This document shows, one piece after another, positions 50,165 through 63,054 of a DNA stretch of 64,000 bases. Origin of the DNA: Octopus vulgaris (taxonomy: Eukaryota); contig OX597814.1 of the NCBI GenBank assembly GCA_951406725.2, positions 26,226,001 to 26,290,000 on the forward strand, written 5' to 3'. Both the position numbers and the translations under genes were made by a program. The notes beneath the pieces were generated by a model, which saw only the letters and a list, made by a program, of their open reading frames with translations, had not been told where the DNA came from and did not search any database. Within the stretch, counting starts at the first letter, position 1. Every line of letters starts with the position of its first letter.

Positions 50165-51680
50165 GTAGTTGCTTACCTTGCAAGAAAATGCAGTCAAATC
50201 TCCCTGAAATGAAATTCAACTGTCTTAAAAAAGAAAAGGACATATTGGAAAATGTATCCTTAATTAACAAGACTGCATGAACATAGCATGAATGTCTTTG
50301 ATCCTAGGTTTACTTAATCAAGGCTGAGCTGGATTTAAACATCAACAACAAAAACAGCCAAAGTAAATAGAAAAATTTAAGGATAAAAACGAAGATGAAA
50401 ATATAAGTATAAAAACAGAGCCTGTATAATACGCTATGTTTGCCTGTATTTTATTGATGAATGATTAATTATAAATAGAAAATAAGCAAAAACTTAACTT
50501 AGAATAACTGAATAGATGTATTCATTATATATTATCTCCCCACCTCTCTCCCTTTTCATATGCCTTTATTACAGGCATCAACAACTATGGATCTGCATGT
50601 CTCCATGCCAAAGTTTGAAGATTCACAATATTGTAGGGGAAGATACAGCAGTTGTTTCCCATTGTCCCCTGCCAATATACTTGGTCTGCTATTTTCCTGC
50701 TTTCCCAAGTTTATCCTTGTGGTATTGCGCCTGATTAACTCTTAGGTGAGGTGACTAGCTCACTTCAAGTCAGGGTATGTCTACACACTGATAAACTGGT
50801 GTAGCATATGTCAAAAAGCCAACTCTCTAAATTTTGTATACCTTACTCATAGGAAAAATTTGCTTTCTAACATATAACTGAAGCTCATGAAAGGAACTAC
50901 CTGCCATGGAGTGTTGATAACCATGAAGTAACTCCATACTCCCCAAAACTCCTGAAGTCCTGGGCTGGGGCAACGTTTCCAGATGCAATTTCTTGAGTTA
51001 CTCAGGACAATATTATATCTCTAAGGGATTAAAATAAATAAAAATCCAATTTGCTGATGTAGTTTCATCCTGTAAAACCTTCCCCAGAGGTCAACCAATA
51101 AGGAAATCTCTGTGTAGTTACTTAGCTTGCAAGAAATAGCAGCCAAAACTCCCTCAAGTCACATCATGCCATCTTCAAAAGTAAAAAAAAACACTCGATG
51201 ATTTAATCTTAGACATACTATGTCTGGAAAAAAGGAGATGGTCATGGTTGTAATGTCATTAATCACAGCTCTCCTCCATCAACTGCTGACTTGAAACTAG
51301 GCAACTTTTCCAAGAGTAATGTCATTTTCTTCACTTCATTTTCTTGAAGTGAGAGAGGAAGTGAAGGATGTACTGAAGAAGTGTGCTCTTATATTCAACC
51401 ATATTCACTATACCACCCTGAAACTTAATTCACTGTCATCATGAAACACATAGACACAATTAATAATCAAGCAAGCTAAAAAGAGAGCTAGAAATAGTAG
51501 CCAAGAGTTACCCCAAATTACACTCTACCATCTTAAAACAAGCAATGATATGTTAACATACTGGATAATATAATCTAAAATATACTATGTCTGATGAAAA
51601 TAATGAGATGGTCATAGATGGAATACATTTGATCATAGTTCTGCTCAATTAGGATTGATCAGGGCTAAACAACAACAAAA
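50165..51680 (+). repeat. Three copies (50165-50350, 51110-51305, 51485-51680) of an old ~190-bp interspersed repeat
   Basis: Shared gcaagaaatagcagccaaa..ccctcaa..tcttaaaa motif; also at 35590-35775 (+), 36170-36390 (-) and 41380-41600 (-). Confidence 0.6.
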
Positions 51681-52236
51681 ACACAATCACAGTGCTCAAT
51701 TACAGTCAGTTTGTTCAGTGAGAGAGACACAAGATGATTTTCAACATCAGAATCAATGATAACATTAACAATAGTTTTGTTACATCAGCTATAAAAGCTG
51801 AAATATGAATTTTAAGTGACAGACCGAAACACCAAATATCATTAATATAATTTCCCAAAGGAAGCTGTAAATTTATCACCATCGTCATGGTCTTACTGAT
51901 CCTGATCATTATCAGCATCATTATCATAGTCATTATTTATCATTATTATCATTATTGATATCCTCAATACTATCTTCACTGCAACCTCTACCTCCATTAT
52001 CACCAGCAACATAATTTAGTTCACCACTACCATTATCCTAAACTTTACCTACACTACCATTGTCTTACACACTACTCAGCCACAAGAGCAATTGTTATTC
52101 ATATTCCCCAATTGTGTATATTACCACTACTCTGGCAATAATAAAAAAAAAACAGAGGGACCACTGGTATGAGCCAATGGGAGAGCCTCAACAGGATTAC
52201 TGAACCTGCAAGAAATAATAGCCAAATTTCATCATA

Positions 52237-53461
52237 TACAAATGTTAGCTGAAAATTTCATATGCTGAACAAGATACACTCATAGAATGTGATCAAATGA
52301 GATTATTTTTTAATGTAGTCCCCCTTGCAGTTTACACACTTCTTTCATCAGTGTTTTAGTGCTTGGATTCCGTTAGTGAAGAAGCTTTCATCCTATTGCA
52401 CAAAAATCTCAATGCCAGCAGATATGACATCATCATTACTGTGATACTGCTTCCCAGATGAATGTTTTTCCATGTTAGAGAACAGATGATAGTCAGATGA
52501 GGCCAAATCAGGAGAAGAGTAAGAGTGATCAACTAGTTCAAAGCCACAGTCATACACAGCAGCCATTGAAACTAATGAATCGTCTGCTAGTGCAGTTTTG
52601 ATAGTCTTTTGTAACTGCCTCAGCAAGTTGGAATAGTACTCTCCATTGATGATAGTCAATAAATGCAATGGCATTTGCATCCCCAAAAACTGAGGTCTTC
52701 ACTTACCCTGCAGATGAAACAACCTTGGCTTTCTTTGGAGCAGGTGAGGCAGAATATTTCCACTGCATGGATTATCTCTTTGTGTCTGGCTCAATGTGAT
52801 GAATTCTGAATTAGGAAATGTACAGGGAAACCAGATGGATCTGACTCAAGCAATGTCAGATTTTCCCATAATGTAATCGGTCTGGTGTGGTTTTGTTCAG
52901 GAGTCTGAATACATGGCAACCACTGAGCAGAAACCTTTGCCATGCCAAGTTCATTGTGCAGAATATTCTCAAACTCTCAAAAAATATGCTAACAACATTG
53001 GCTATTTGATTTATCATCAAGTGCCTGTCATCCATCACCATGTGATAAATACAATTAATGTTTTCTTCAGTGGTGGAAGCTGCAGGACATTCAGACCATA
53101 GGTCATCTTCAAGACTCTCCTTTCCCCTCCTAAATTCAACTGCCCACTTTTGTATTGTTGATAAAGTTGGAGCATCATCCCCAAATGTAGCAACCATGTC
53201 AGCATGGTTGTCCTTGGGGCTAAATTCTTTTATTGCAGTTACTTGATAACACCACAGTGCCAAATAATGACTGTTTTCAAGAGAAGTTGCTACTAGTTAC
53301 TTTTGAAGTCTCCTTTGAACAGTAAGATGTCAGTTTATATGGAAAGAAACAATGCAGTTATTAATTATTAATAAGAAGAGTTAAAATTAATGCATGCAAG
53401 ATATCACAGCTCTATCACTCCTTCATAGTCAGTCTATGAACTTTTCAGCCTACCCTCCACA
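52237..53461 (-). mobile_element. Mariner transposon with both TIRs, decayed
   Basis: TIRs gctgaaaatttcatatgctga / tcagtctatgaacttttcagc; STIQKWAVEFRRGKESLEDD and HSYSSPDLASSDYHLF (YSPDLAPSD motif). Confidence 0.9.
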
Positions 53462-53849
53462 CCCTAGTGCCCTAAAAAAGAAGGAACACACTGGACAATA
53501 TAATCCCTGATATTCAACAAAGCAGAGTGGCCATGGTGAGAATGCTTTACCCTGGTACCACTTACCCTTCTTAGAATATGGAACCATTTCACTTGTTACC
53601 TGTCTTTTACTCTTAATACTTTCTTCTCTGCTCACATTTTTCATTGATTACTTTCTTGAGCCACCAAATTATCTCTCCTCTGCAGCCATACCTCTCTCTC
53701 TCTTCTGCATCCACTGCACTTTTACAACTCTTGCAACCTACCCAACCACATGTCATATATGTGTGTGTGTGTGTGTGTATATACTAGCACAGAAATGATG
53801 ATGATATCCTTTTCTCCCATCCTCTCTCATTTTACCTCTCTCTTTTGTA

Positions 53850-54896
53850 TTATCATTATTATTATTATTATTATTTCCTTCTTTCTTCAAATTTTCTTCC
53901 GTTTCTCGCAGAGTGTTTTCCGTACACCTAGAGCAGAGAAGCTCATTGTATGCATTCCCAGATTATACATGCAAATTCACAGGTAAAATATGTATTTATA
54001 AAAATTAATTAATAAATAAATTCCCGAATGGATGTTGTTTTCACAGCGATAATGCTCTTCTCAGTACATGAGCCATTCCAGTTAACACAATTTTTTGCAC
54101 TTCCTGTAGGGATGGTAAGCCTGGTATCATTTTCAAATAGGTTTCAGTACCCTTTTTTATCATTCCTAGAGATCCTTCAATCACTGGTACTGTAGTCACC
54201 TTGAGATGCCACATTTTTTCAATGTCCATTAGCAAGTCTTTATATTTACTGATCTTGTCAAATTCTTTCGCCGCTATATTGTGATCGCAAGGAATACTCA
54301 TGTCAATTAATAAACACATCTTTTTTGTTTGATCTTTTATAATAAAATCTGGTTTATTAGCTTTTATAGTTTTGTCAGTATGTACGTGGAAGTCCCATAG
54401 AATTGACACCTTTTCTCCCTCAGTCACAGCTTCAGGATGCTGTTTATACCATTTGTCAGTGGTTTTGATTTTATAATACCAACATATTGTCTAGTGTAAA
54501 TATTGGCCAACTCTGTCATGTCTTGCTTTATATTCTACAGGTGCTAAGGCTCTACACCTTGAGATTAGGTGGTCTATAGTTTCAATCTCAGCTAAGACTC
54601 TACACCCTGAGATTAGGTGGTCTATAGTTTCAATCTCAGCTAAGACTCTACACCCTGAGATTAGGTGGTCTGTAGTTTCAATCTCAGCTAAGACTCTACA
54701 CCCTGAGATTTTATGGTCTGTAGTTTCAATCTCAGCTAAGACTCTACACCCTGAGATTAGGTGGTCTGTAGTTTCAATCTCAGCTAAGAGTTTACACCCT
54801 GAGATTAGGTGGTCTATAGTTTCAATCTCAGCTAAGACTCTACACCCTGAGATTAGGTGGTCTATAGTTTCAATCTCAGCTGAGACTCTACACCCT
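53850..54896 (-). mobile_element. R4/Dong-clade RLE LINE, 5'-truncated, abutting (TAA)n
   Basis: HLISGCRVLA, EYKARHDRVGQYLH, ILWDFHVHTDKTIKANKPDFII..LLIDMSIP..KEFDKISKYKDL..VPVIEGSLG; 3' UTR ends at (TAA)n 53850-53875, the known Dong target type. Confidence 0.88.
54543..54896. repeat. 7.4 x 48-bp tandem repeat derived from LINE coding sequence
   Basis: Unit gctaagactctacaccctgagattaggtggtctatagtttcaatctca starts at 54543, 54591, 54639, 54687, 54735, 54783, 54831, with a partial copy at 54879. Confidence 0.97.
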
Positions 54897-55005
54897 TTGT
54901 TTTTGATCTTGACAACGATTAAAATTGTGTCAATCCTAATCGAGTAGACATCAATATCATCCTTATTTAACGTTTATGTTCTGTGCTGGCGTGGGTTGGA
55001 TGGTG

Positions 55006-55887
55006 TACTCTATTAGGATTGACACAATTTTAATTGTTGGCAAGATCAAAACAAATTATATGGTTTCTCTATAGCTTAATAGATTGCATCTATAAAAGCT
55101 TCTGAGGCTTCTTTAATGTATTTGCATTAAAGAAGCAGTTGACACACTATATAAATTATTATTATTATTATCATTATTATGTTGCCCTTCACTTTAACCC
55201 ACTCTGCCTTCCTTACATATTATCATTATACTCACCCTCTCACCCATTACCTAACTCCAACCATCTATCATTTTCCCATACACTCTTACAACTTCTACTT
55301 ATCCACACTTCATGTTTTCTTGTCCCCACTCACTTCTATTTACCTCATATTTTGAGGTCCACTCTGACCACTCCCACCCTCCCTTTTATAATTGAGAAAC
55401 AGAGTAGCTCCTCTGCTGCAAGAAACCTGTTCTGTTCTGGCTTCCTTGTCCCATAGTTTAAAACTGAATTTCTCTCTATTGTAACTCTAGTCAGTTGATG
55501 GGATCTTAGTCTTGCAGGCTGCATGGTGTTATCACTAGTTCTGGTACCACGAGTAAAAAGACCCAGTACCTATTGTAAAGATATTAGCATTAGGAAAGGC
55601 ACCCAGTCATAGCAATCATGCCAAAGCATACATTGGAGCATGATGCAGTCTTCGGACCTGTTGAATCCTGTCAGACCATCCAACCCATGCCAGCACAGAA
55701 CTTAGATGTTAAATGAGGATGATATTGATGTCTACTCAATTAGGATTGACACAATTTTAATCGTTGTCAAGATCAAAAACAAATGATATGGTTTCTCTGT
55801 AGCCTAATAGATTGCATCTATAAAAGCTTCTGAGGCTTCTTTAATGTATTTGCATTAAAGAAGCAGTTGACACACTATATAAATTAT
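55006..55887 (+). repeat. ~154-bp direct repeats (55006-55159; 55733-55887) flanking an RTE-tailed element (55160-55732)
   Basis: tactc..ttaggattgacacaattttaat ... gcagttgacacactatataaattat occurs twice, nearly identical. Confidence 0.9.
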
Positions 55888-56669
55888 CAGTAGAATGAAG
55901 ACTTTTATATTGGAGATCTTTAATGAATAATAAAATAGGTGTTCAGTTTTATTAGCTAATTTAAATCAACAGACAACATAACAGTAGGTGTTTGTTAAAG
56001 AAATATTACTTAATCAAGGAGCTTTTTCATAAAATGTAGAATAAAGATATATATTTAATGTATTTATGTCTTTGGAAACATGGGAAAATAAAAACACCTC
56101 TGCAATGAATGACAATGACAAATTGGAAAGTACTCAATGCATATAGCAAAGTATTACCCGTTACTTTTTCAAAAAACTCAGAATGGCAACAGGTTGAAGA
56201 ACCAGCTTCAAATGAACATACATACACATACATGTGCATATATGTACACACACATATGTATACATATATAAATATTTACATACGTACACACATATGTACA
56301 TATATTCGCACACACACTTTCTTTTTCTTTCTCTCTCTTACTCTCTCTCTCTTTCGGACTGTATAATGAGAGCTATATGGTGAAGTTCCATGTGTTCACA
56401 GTGAATGGACCCTGTGGAATAGGCTGAGTACAGGGAAGATCAACTGTCCATGCTGCAAGCATGGTGAAATAAACATTGAGATGTATGATATATATGTGTG
56501 TATTCATGTATGTTATATCTATGTGTATAATATATGTGTGTATGTGTATAATATGTGTGTATGTGTATAATGTGTGTATATAACATATGTATACATACAC
56601 TACTTTTTATGTTCATTTTCCCATGCTATGCAAATGAGATGAATATAGTACTGAAGCATTGTTTTATAG

Positions 56670-57200
56670 CTGACCACATAAAAAGCAGTAAGTTCACTCT
56701 ACTGGGTGGCTGGTGTTAGGAAGAGCATCTAGCTGTAAAAATCCTGCCAAAACAGTCACAGAAATCTGGTACAGGCTTCTGCCTGGCCAGCTCTTGTGGA
56801 ACCATCCCACCCATGCCAGCATAGAAGGCATACATTAAATAATGATGATGATGATACTCTCTTTGTGGCTAACCTTTATTTGTTTTTCAAATAAGGAATA
56901 TCATGTTACATTCACTTTCAAATGTACAAAACCAGCAGATGGCTTGTTAATTGTGAATATAACTGCAATGTCATTACCCATAGCTTAATCATTAATGAAA
57001 CATACAGACACATGTACGTACACACACACACACACAACAAACTTCTTTACCATTTCCATTTGCCAAAACTACTCACAAAGCTTTGGTTGACCTGAGGATA
57101 GAGTAGAAGACCTTTTTCAAAGGTGCCACACAGTATGACTGAGTCTGAGACCATGTAGTTGGAATTTAACTGCTTTACGACACAGCCAAGATTGTGCCTA
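56670..57200. mobile_element. RTE-tail fragment (+, 56670-56856) and tRNA-SINE head (-, 57040-57200)
   Basis: Motif matches to 18540-18724 and to the 25907 SINE. Confidence 0.65.
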
Positions 57201-57796
57201 TATGAGTATTGTTTGTTCTTACAATATATATATGAGTACTCTTTGCCCTTACAATATACAGGCCAAGCTGATTCCACAATAAAATGTACCCAATACACTC
57301 AGAAAACATGTAAAAAAAAAAACTCACAAGAGAAAACTCTAGTCTTGCTTTGCTGAGGATATAACTTCCCTAGTGTGAGTGCCATGATAAACTGCAGAAA
57401 GTGTACTTTGTAAAGTTTTTGGTGATTGGAACAGCATCCAACCATAAAAATCAAGCTAAAAATGAAATGCACAACCAAAATGTGGTAATCTGAGTACTCT
57501 GGGAGTACAGTCACGCCTTTTATGAACTGACTTGGCCAGGCCATTCACCCCATACTAGCATGGAAAGAAGATGTAAAATAGTGATGGCAGTGGTGCTGAT
57601 CATAATGATGATGATATACTTTCATCAGCTGCTGATTAAAGACTGCAATGATTTCAGTAATTTCCAACATTAAGGCTCACACTAGCACTGCTAAGAACCT
57701 TAGTGCTTCCAGAAAATGCTCAATTACTCCCCCACACACACACACACACTATAGCATCCTTTTCCCGTCAGTCCTTACTCTTACACCTATATGAAT

Positions 57797-58476
57797 CATA
57801 GGCGTGTGGTCCATGGAAGCAAGGCAAGCGATGCTTCCCTTAAAAATTATAGAAACAAAATTGAAACCATATTACTTATTTTTCATAAGATCGTTCTAAT
57901 GTTCTGTAAAATTAATATAAACTACATGACATCATAGGCTTCAGACTTTTATTGTTGGAATTAGCATGAGACGACAAGCAGTGGCAGACAACACACACAA
58001 AAAGAAATGCCGCAAGGGAAGCAATACAAACTGTTGCATCCTTTTCGGTGTAATATTTTAATATTTTTTTCCAATAAAAATGCCACAAAGATAATTTTTT
58101 TTCTAGTAAGAGCTGATAACGAATAGTTTTAGATGCTAATAGACACTTATTTGCTTAGATTAAATTTCTGTCAATTTGCAATACCTATGATATAATATAA
58201 TCTTATGTTGTTATTTAACACATAAGGTAAGGGAAGCAAGTTGACATTCTGCTTCCATCAGGAAAATGGTGAAAAGATAACATGGGTTTTTCCTGCGTTT
58301 ATTCAACTAATATTTTATACTTTTCCAAATTACAGAACACCCTTAATATAAAACATGATTCTTTTATTTTAAAAATAGCTGAATAATACGAACATGTCAA
58401 TTTGATTAAAATATCTTATGTGAGAGAAAATTTTGGTCATTGCTTCCCCAGCCAGAAAGATCACCACATGCCCCTG
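57797..58476. mobile_element. hAT-type MITE with 8-bp TSD
   Basis: TIRs CATAGGCGTGTGGT / ACCACATGCCCCTG; flanks atatgaat / atttgaat (7 of 8 match); internal repeated GGAAGCA/TGCTTCC motifs. Confidence 0.82.
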
Positions 58477-58559
58477 ATTTGAATATGGCTGTAGCTGTAA
58501 CCACCCCAACCATACAGCAAGTATTTTCTTTTTCAATTCAGTGAGTATTCATTCTTTGC

Positions 58560-59600
58560 TCTCAACTTTAGTCTTTCAACAATGAGACATTTTCTGCTTC
58601 TCTCTCCAATACATTAATTTGCTGTCTTCCTTAAATCCAATGTCAGCCATATAGAATATGGAGGATCTAGCCACAAATCTTGAACAACCCAGCTCTACCA
58701 GTAGAAGCATGCACTATCATCATTATGTCTCTTCCACAATTCCATAAAGCCATCACAAATAGACCCTTTCTTTCCATGACAACAGCATGCATGTGTGTGT
58801 GTGTGTGTGTGTGTATACATACAGTCAACTTGTATACTGATAGCCAGTCTGTAACAATCTGCCAGGGCTTCCCTCCTTAAAATCTCACATCCCCTTGAAC
58901 TTTGAGAGGATTCCACCTCCCAGGCCTCCAAACCGTTTTTATTCCATCTTGCCAAATTTCTCACAGAAGCTATGTCAACAGGTGGTCATTATCCCTCATA
59001 TAAATGCAGATGTAATATATTTATTGATGAATTATATGTCAGCTTGATTTTGGCTAAGCTTATATCTTCATGTGCATTTTATGCATTTAGCTTGGAAAGA
59101 GATGAGCTAAGCTACATACATTTCAGGAAACCGAAGTCTTCAATGGTGACCTGACAATTCAATATTATTAGACTTGCTGCAGCACTAAAGAAATGAATAT
59201 AGAATTCATTTTCACATTTCTTTTGCTTCAGTAGTGCAGTAGGAATCATTTAAGATTGAAAATTCATTTTTTTTTTATATATACATGTATTCTTTAGAGC
59301 TTCATAATGTTTCGAGAGTGTTTAAGAATTAAAAGATCATGTAAAAGTGAAAGGCAGTATCTTTTGATTTTGAAATAGTCTCTCTAGCAATTCTTTAATC
59401 TGTATTGAAAATATCACAGAAAGCTTTTGCATTTCTTCAATCCATTTCACTTGTATACATGGATGTTACATTTGGTACCCATAGGTATTGGCATAGATAT
59501 TGCACAAAGGTCATCTAATAACCCAAAACCCTTGAGACATCGTGCAGAAACTTTCTATTCATATAAAATGTATAAATCAGTTCCATATTGATTCTATTCC
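58560..59600 (-). mobile_element. Possible very old L1/Tx1-like ORF2 remnant
   Basis: Only trace peptides (CLKGFGY, REAL, IVHA); no intact motif. Confidence 0.25.
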
Positions 59601-59882
59601 AACTGAAGCAAATGAAAAAATATTTATTTATTAAAGCAACCATTATTTGCTCACCAACTATTTTCCCCATGACTTTGAATATGCAAATATTCCTTTACTG
59701 CAAGAATATATGATATATTATATATATAAATGTGTGTGTGTGTGTGTGTATGCAAACCTATATATGTACGCATATATATTATATATGCATATATATGGAT
59801 GTACATACATATATATATATATATGTTATATGTATGCGTGCGTATATGTGTGTGTATACATATATGCATATATACATGGGTG

Positions 59883-59915
<33 letters not shown>

Positions 59916-60564
59916 GCATGTGTATGTATAAATAAACATGAAAATATACATGAATATGCATATGCATACATGTCTCTAGATAGATATATAACCACACACT
60001 CACATACATACATACACACTCACTCACTCACTCACTCACTCACTCAGGCACATATGTGAGAGAAATGATGAGAAAAAGAGAGAGAGACTGTATGAAAATT
60101 AGGAAAGGCAATTGAGAGAGGAAAATGTTGAGAGAAAGGACATTCACTATTTTGTCAAGAGAATAAAGAATGAATTTAAATGTTTATTGTGCTAATGTGA
60201 CAGACTTAACTATAATATTTCAGCATAACTTTGCAGCGATACATATAAAACTACTAACAGATGCAAATGTATGTAGAATATGGACAAGTTTCCCAGTATT
60301 TTGACAGATTTTAACTCATTATGTTCACTGGAACCAAAACATAATTGGTCATATAATTGAGAAAATGTATTATAGAGATGTTTTAGATCATAAACAATTT
60401 TAAGATGAGTTTACTCTTTGTTTCTTCTATATTAGATGTGAAAGTCATTGCTGGACAAGCTGTAAGAACCAATAGTTTGTTGATGTTTCATATCTTAACA
60501 CTTTAGTTACAGTAAGCTGGGCTGTGTTTCATTAAATTGTTTTTGTTGATGATGTTTAGACCCA

Positions 60565-60850
60565 AGTGGCTTTATGGTTAGAGTATTCAGCTTACAATCA
60601 TAAGGTCATTAGTTCTATTCCTGGTAGTGCATTGTGTCCTTGTGCAAGATACTTTATTTGACATTGCTCCAGTCTACTCACCTGGCAAAAATGAGTTATA
60701 CCTTTACAGCCTTGTCACATTCTGTCATGCTGAATCTCCCTGAGAACTACATTAATGGCATGCTTAGCCACTTGCATGTTAATTTTACAAACAATTTGTT
60801 CTGTTGATTGGATCAGCTGGAACTCTCATTGTTATAACCAACAGACTAAA
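60565..60850 (+). mobile_element. tRNA-derived SINE (different family)
   Basis: A box gtggctttatggttag, B box agttctattcc, core ttgtgtccttgtgcaagatacttta. Confidence 0.65.
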
Positions 60851-60999
60851 CTTACACTCAAAACAGTTGTATTTGTAGTCATCCTTTTATTCAGACACCC
60901 TGAATCTGGTGTTACATCACTCAATATGTTTCTTCTGTTTTTAGTGTGGTTTTGAATGATTTGAAAAGTATTTGGTTTCTGACTCTAACAAATTTAGTA

Positions 61000-62150
61000 A
61001 TTGGAGTTCAAAGGCAATACTGATGCCCCTGGCAAATGGATTCATAGGAGTTGTCTTAAAAATATAGAAGTTATTGACAAACGGACAGATAAATAGATAT
61101 AGTGGAGAAGTAGTTACATTTTAGGTGGATGTATTTGGGTAGATGTTTAGGTAGGGTGGAGGAGTAGTTGTCAGTAAATTGGTGGTTATGTATGCTGATG
61201 ACATCAAGGTTAGGTGTATGAAAAAGTAGTATGGAGTGTTACATGATGTCATCTGACAGAGAGTTTCTAAGTCAAGAAATAAGAAAACTGTGAAGCTTAT
61301 GTTCAAGAAGCTTTGCTAGGTTTTTCATATCATAGTCAGAAACTTTACAGTTTCCGTTGAAGTTCTTAAGGGCAAGAAATGTGTAGTATATCATGTAAAG
61401 ATGCTAGTTACTATGATGTATGAAAACCATACTGGAAGAGGGACACAAACTGAAAAAGGAAGGAATTATTTACAATTTGTACTGTCTTTGAGTCATTAAA
61501 ATTAAAAATGATAAACTAGCAGTGGAGTTGAAAAGGTTGTCTTTATTGGAGATAGTATAGATTGTCATGCATTGTCATAAACTGAGCTAAATATCCATAT
61601 AAGATGAAAGCATGAATGAAGAATTAGTTAAGAATAGGCACTAGCTTTATTGCTGTAATTGATTAAAGTTATATCCACCACAATGAGAAAAGTTTGAGAA
61701 AGGATTTGTAATTCATACACTCAGAGGAAAAGAGAACAAAGTTGACTGTGACTTTGCTAGTTTTGCTGCAGGAATATTTCTTTTAGAATTTCCAAATTTG
61801 TGACAGGGTGAAGTATATGGATAGTGCAAAGATACTCCTGGCCATGTGCCAGAAAAGAGGCCTGAAATTAGGAAATAGAAAAGTAAAGTTGATGGTCATT
61901 TTGCTAGAGTTAAGATAATGGATTGATATTTCTCAACTAATGACAATAGTCGATTTCCTTTTGTTGTTACAGGTTAAGAAGTGTGGAACAAGAATGAAAT
62001 TTGGTAGATCTTAAAATCATTAATTTTTATTTGAGAGTTAGAAGTTGGGTTGATATTCAGTATATACATTTCACTAAGTTAAGAAGGAAAAAAATAGTGA
62101 TGTGAAAGAACTCCATCTCAAAATCAAAAATTGTGTTTAGGCTCAGCTGG
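61000..62150 (+). mobile_element. Degraded LINE RT remnant (L1/Tx1-like)
   Basis: KLVVMYADDIKV at about 61176-61212, preceded by an RQ..CP-like trace near 61010-61030. Confidence 0.45.
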
Positions 62151-63054
62151 CTTGGAAAATTCACTCTACTCTACTATAGTTATCAATAATTTGCAGCAGG
62201 TGTCTGAATATTACTTATTAACTCTGTAATGCCTCAAAAATATTAATACAGGATAAAGAAAACAAAACAATGGTAAGCATTCTTTGATACATCTTTCCAG
62301 AAGATGTCAATACAATAGCACGTTCAATTTTACAAACGTATACCAAGAGAATATCTCCAACATTATTAACATTGCCAAATCAAATTAACTTAAATAAGAT
62401 AGGACAACAGTCTTGTCATAAATCATCATTTTTGCAAGTATTATGTTGTGTCTTTAGGCCATGCACAAAACTTTATAAACTTCCATTTAACTTAATAGAA
62501 AATAAGTTCTTAGTGTGTCTGTAAATAAAATGGATTAGTTAATAACTTATCCATGGGAGAATTTTCATCTTGATTGTTTTAAGAATTAGTTCTGAGCACT
62601 TGAGAATGAATACTACTGGCTTTGGTGCACTGTATAGTTTCGAAACAGAGCTGAGAAAGCTAAATAATTTTAGAGGCACTGACAATCAAACTGAGGTGAT
62701 AAATCAACATCATGTGAAATTAGGATTTAAGACTCATTCTTTAGGTCCAGATCAGCTCTAACAGGAGACTTATAATCAAAAACTCTCCAATCTTGACTAC
62801 TCGAACCCTCATCCACAATGCATCTGGACCACATTAACATCAAGTGACCACGAGTTGCTCCCAACATAGCTCATTTTCAGAATATTGGCTATAAAAAAAT
62901 TACCTTAGAAATTGCTGGACTAGCATTAAATAAATTTTTGAAATGTTATGAAGGCTGGCATAAACAGATTATATGGTTATGTACATATAAGATTGGTGTG
63001 AAAGGTTTGTATTTATCATTTACACTATCGACTCATTGAAAACTGTATTTTGTG

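Noticed and set aside
54543-54896. CRISPR-like appearance (palindromic repeated unit)
   Set aside because: Units are head-to-tail with no unique spacers, derive from LINE coding sequence, and there are no cas genes in this eukaryotic context.
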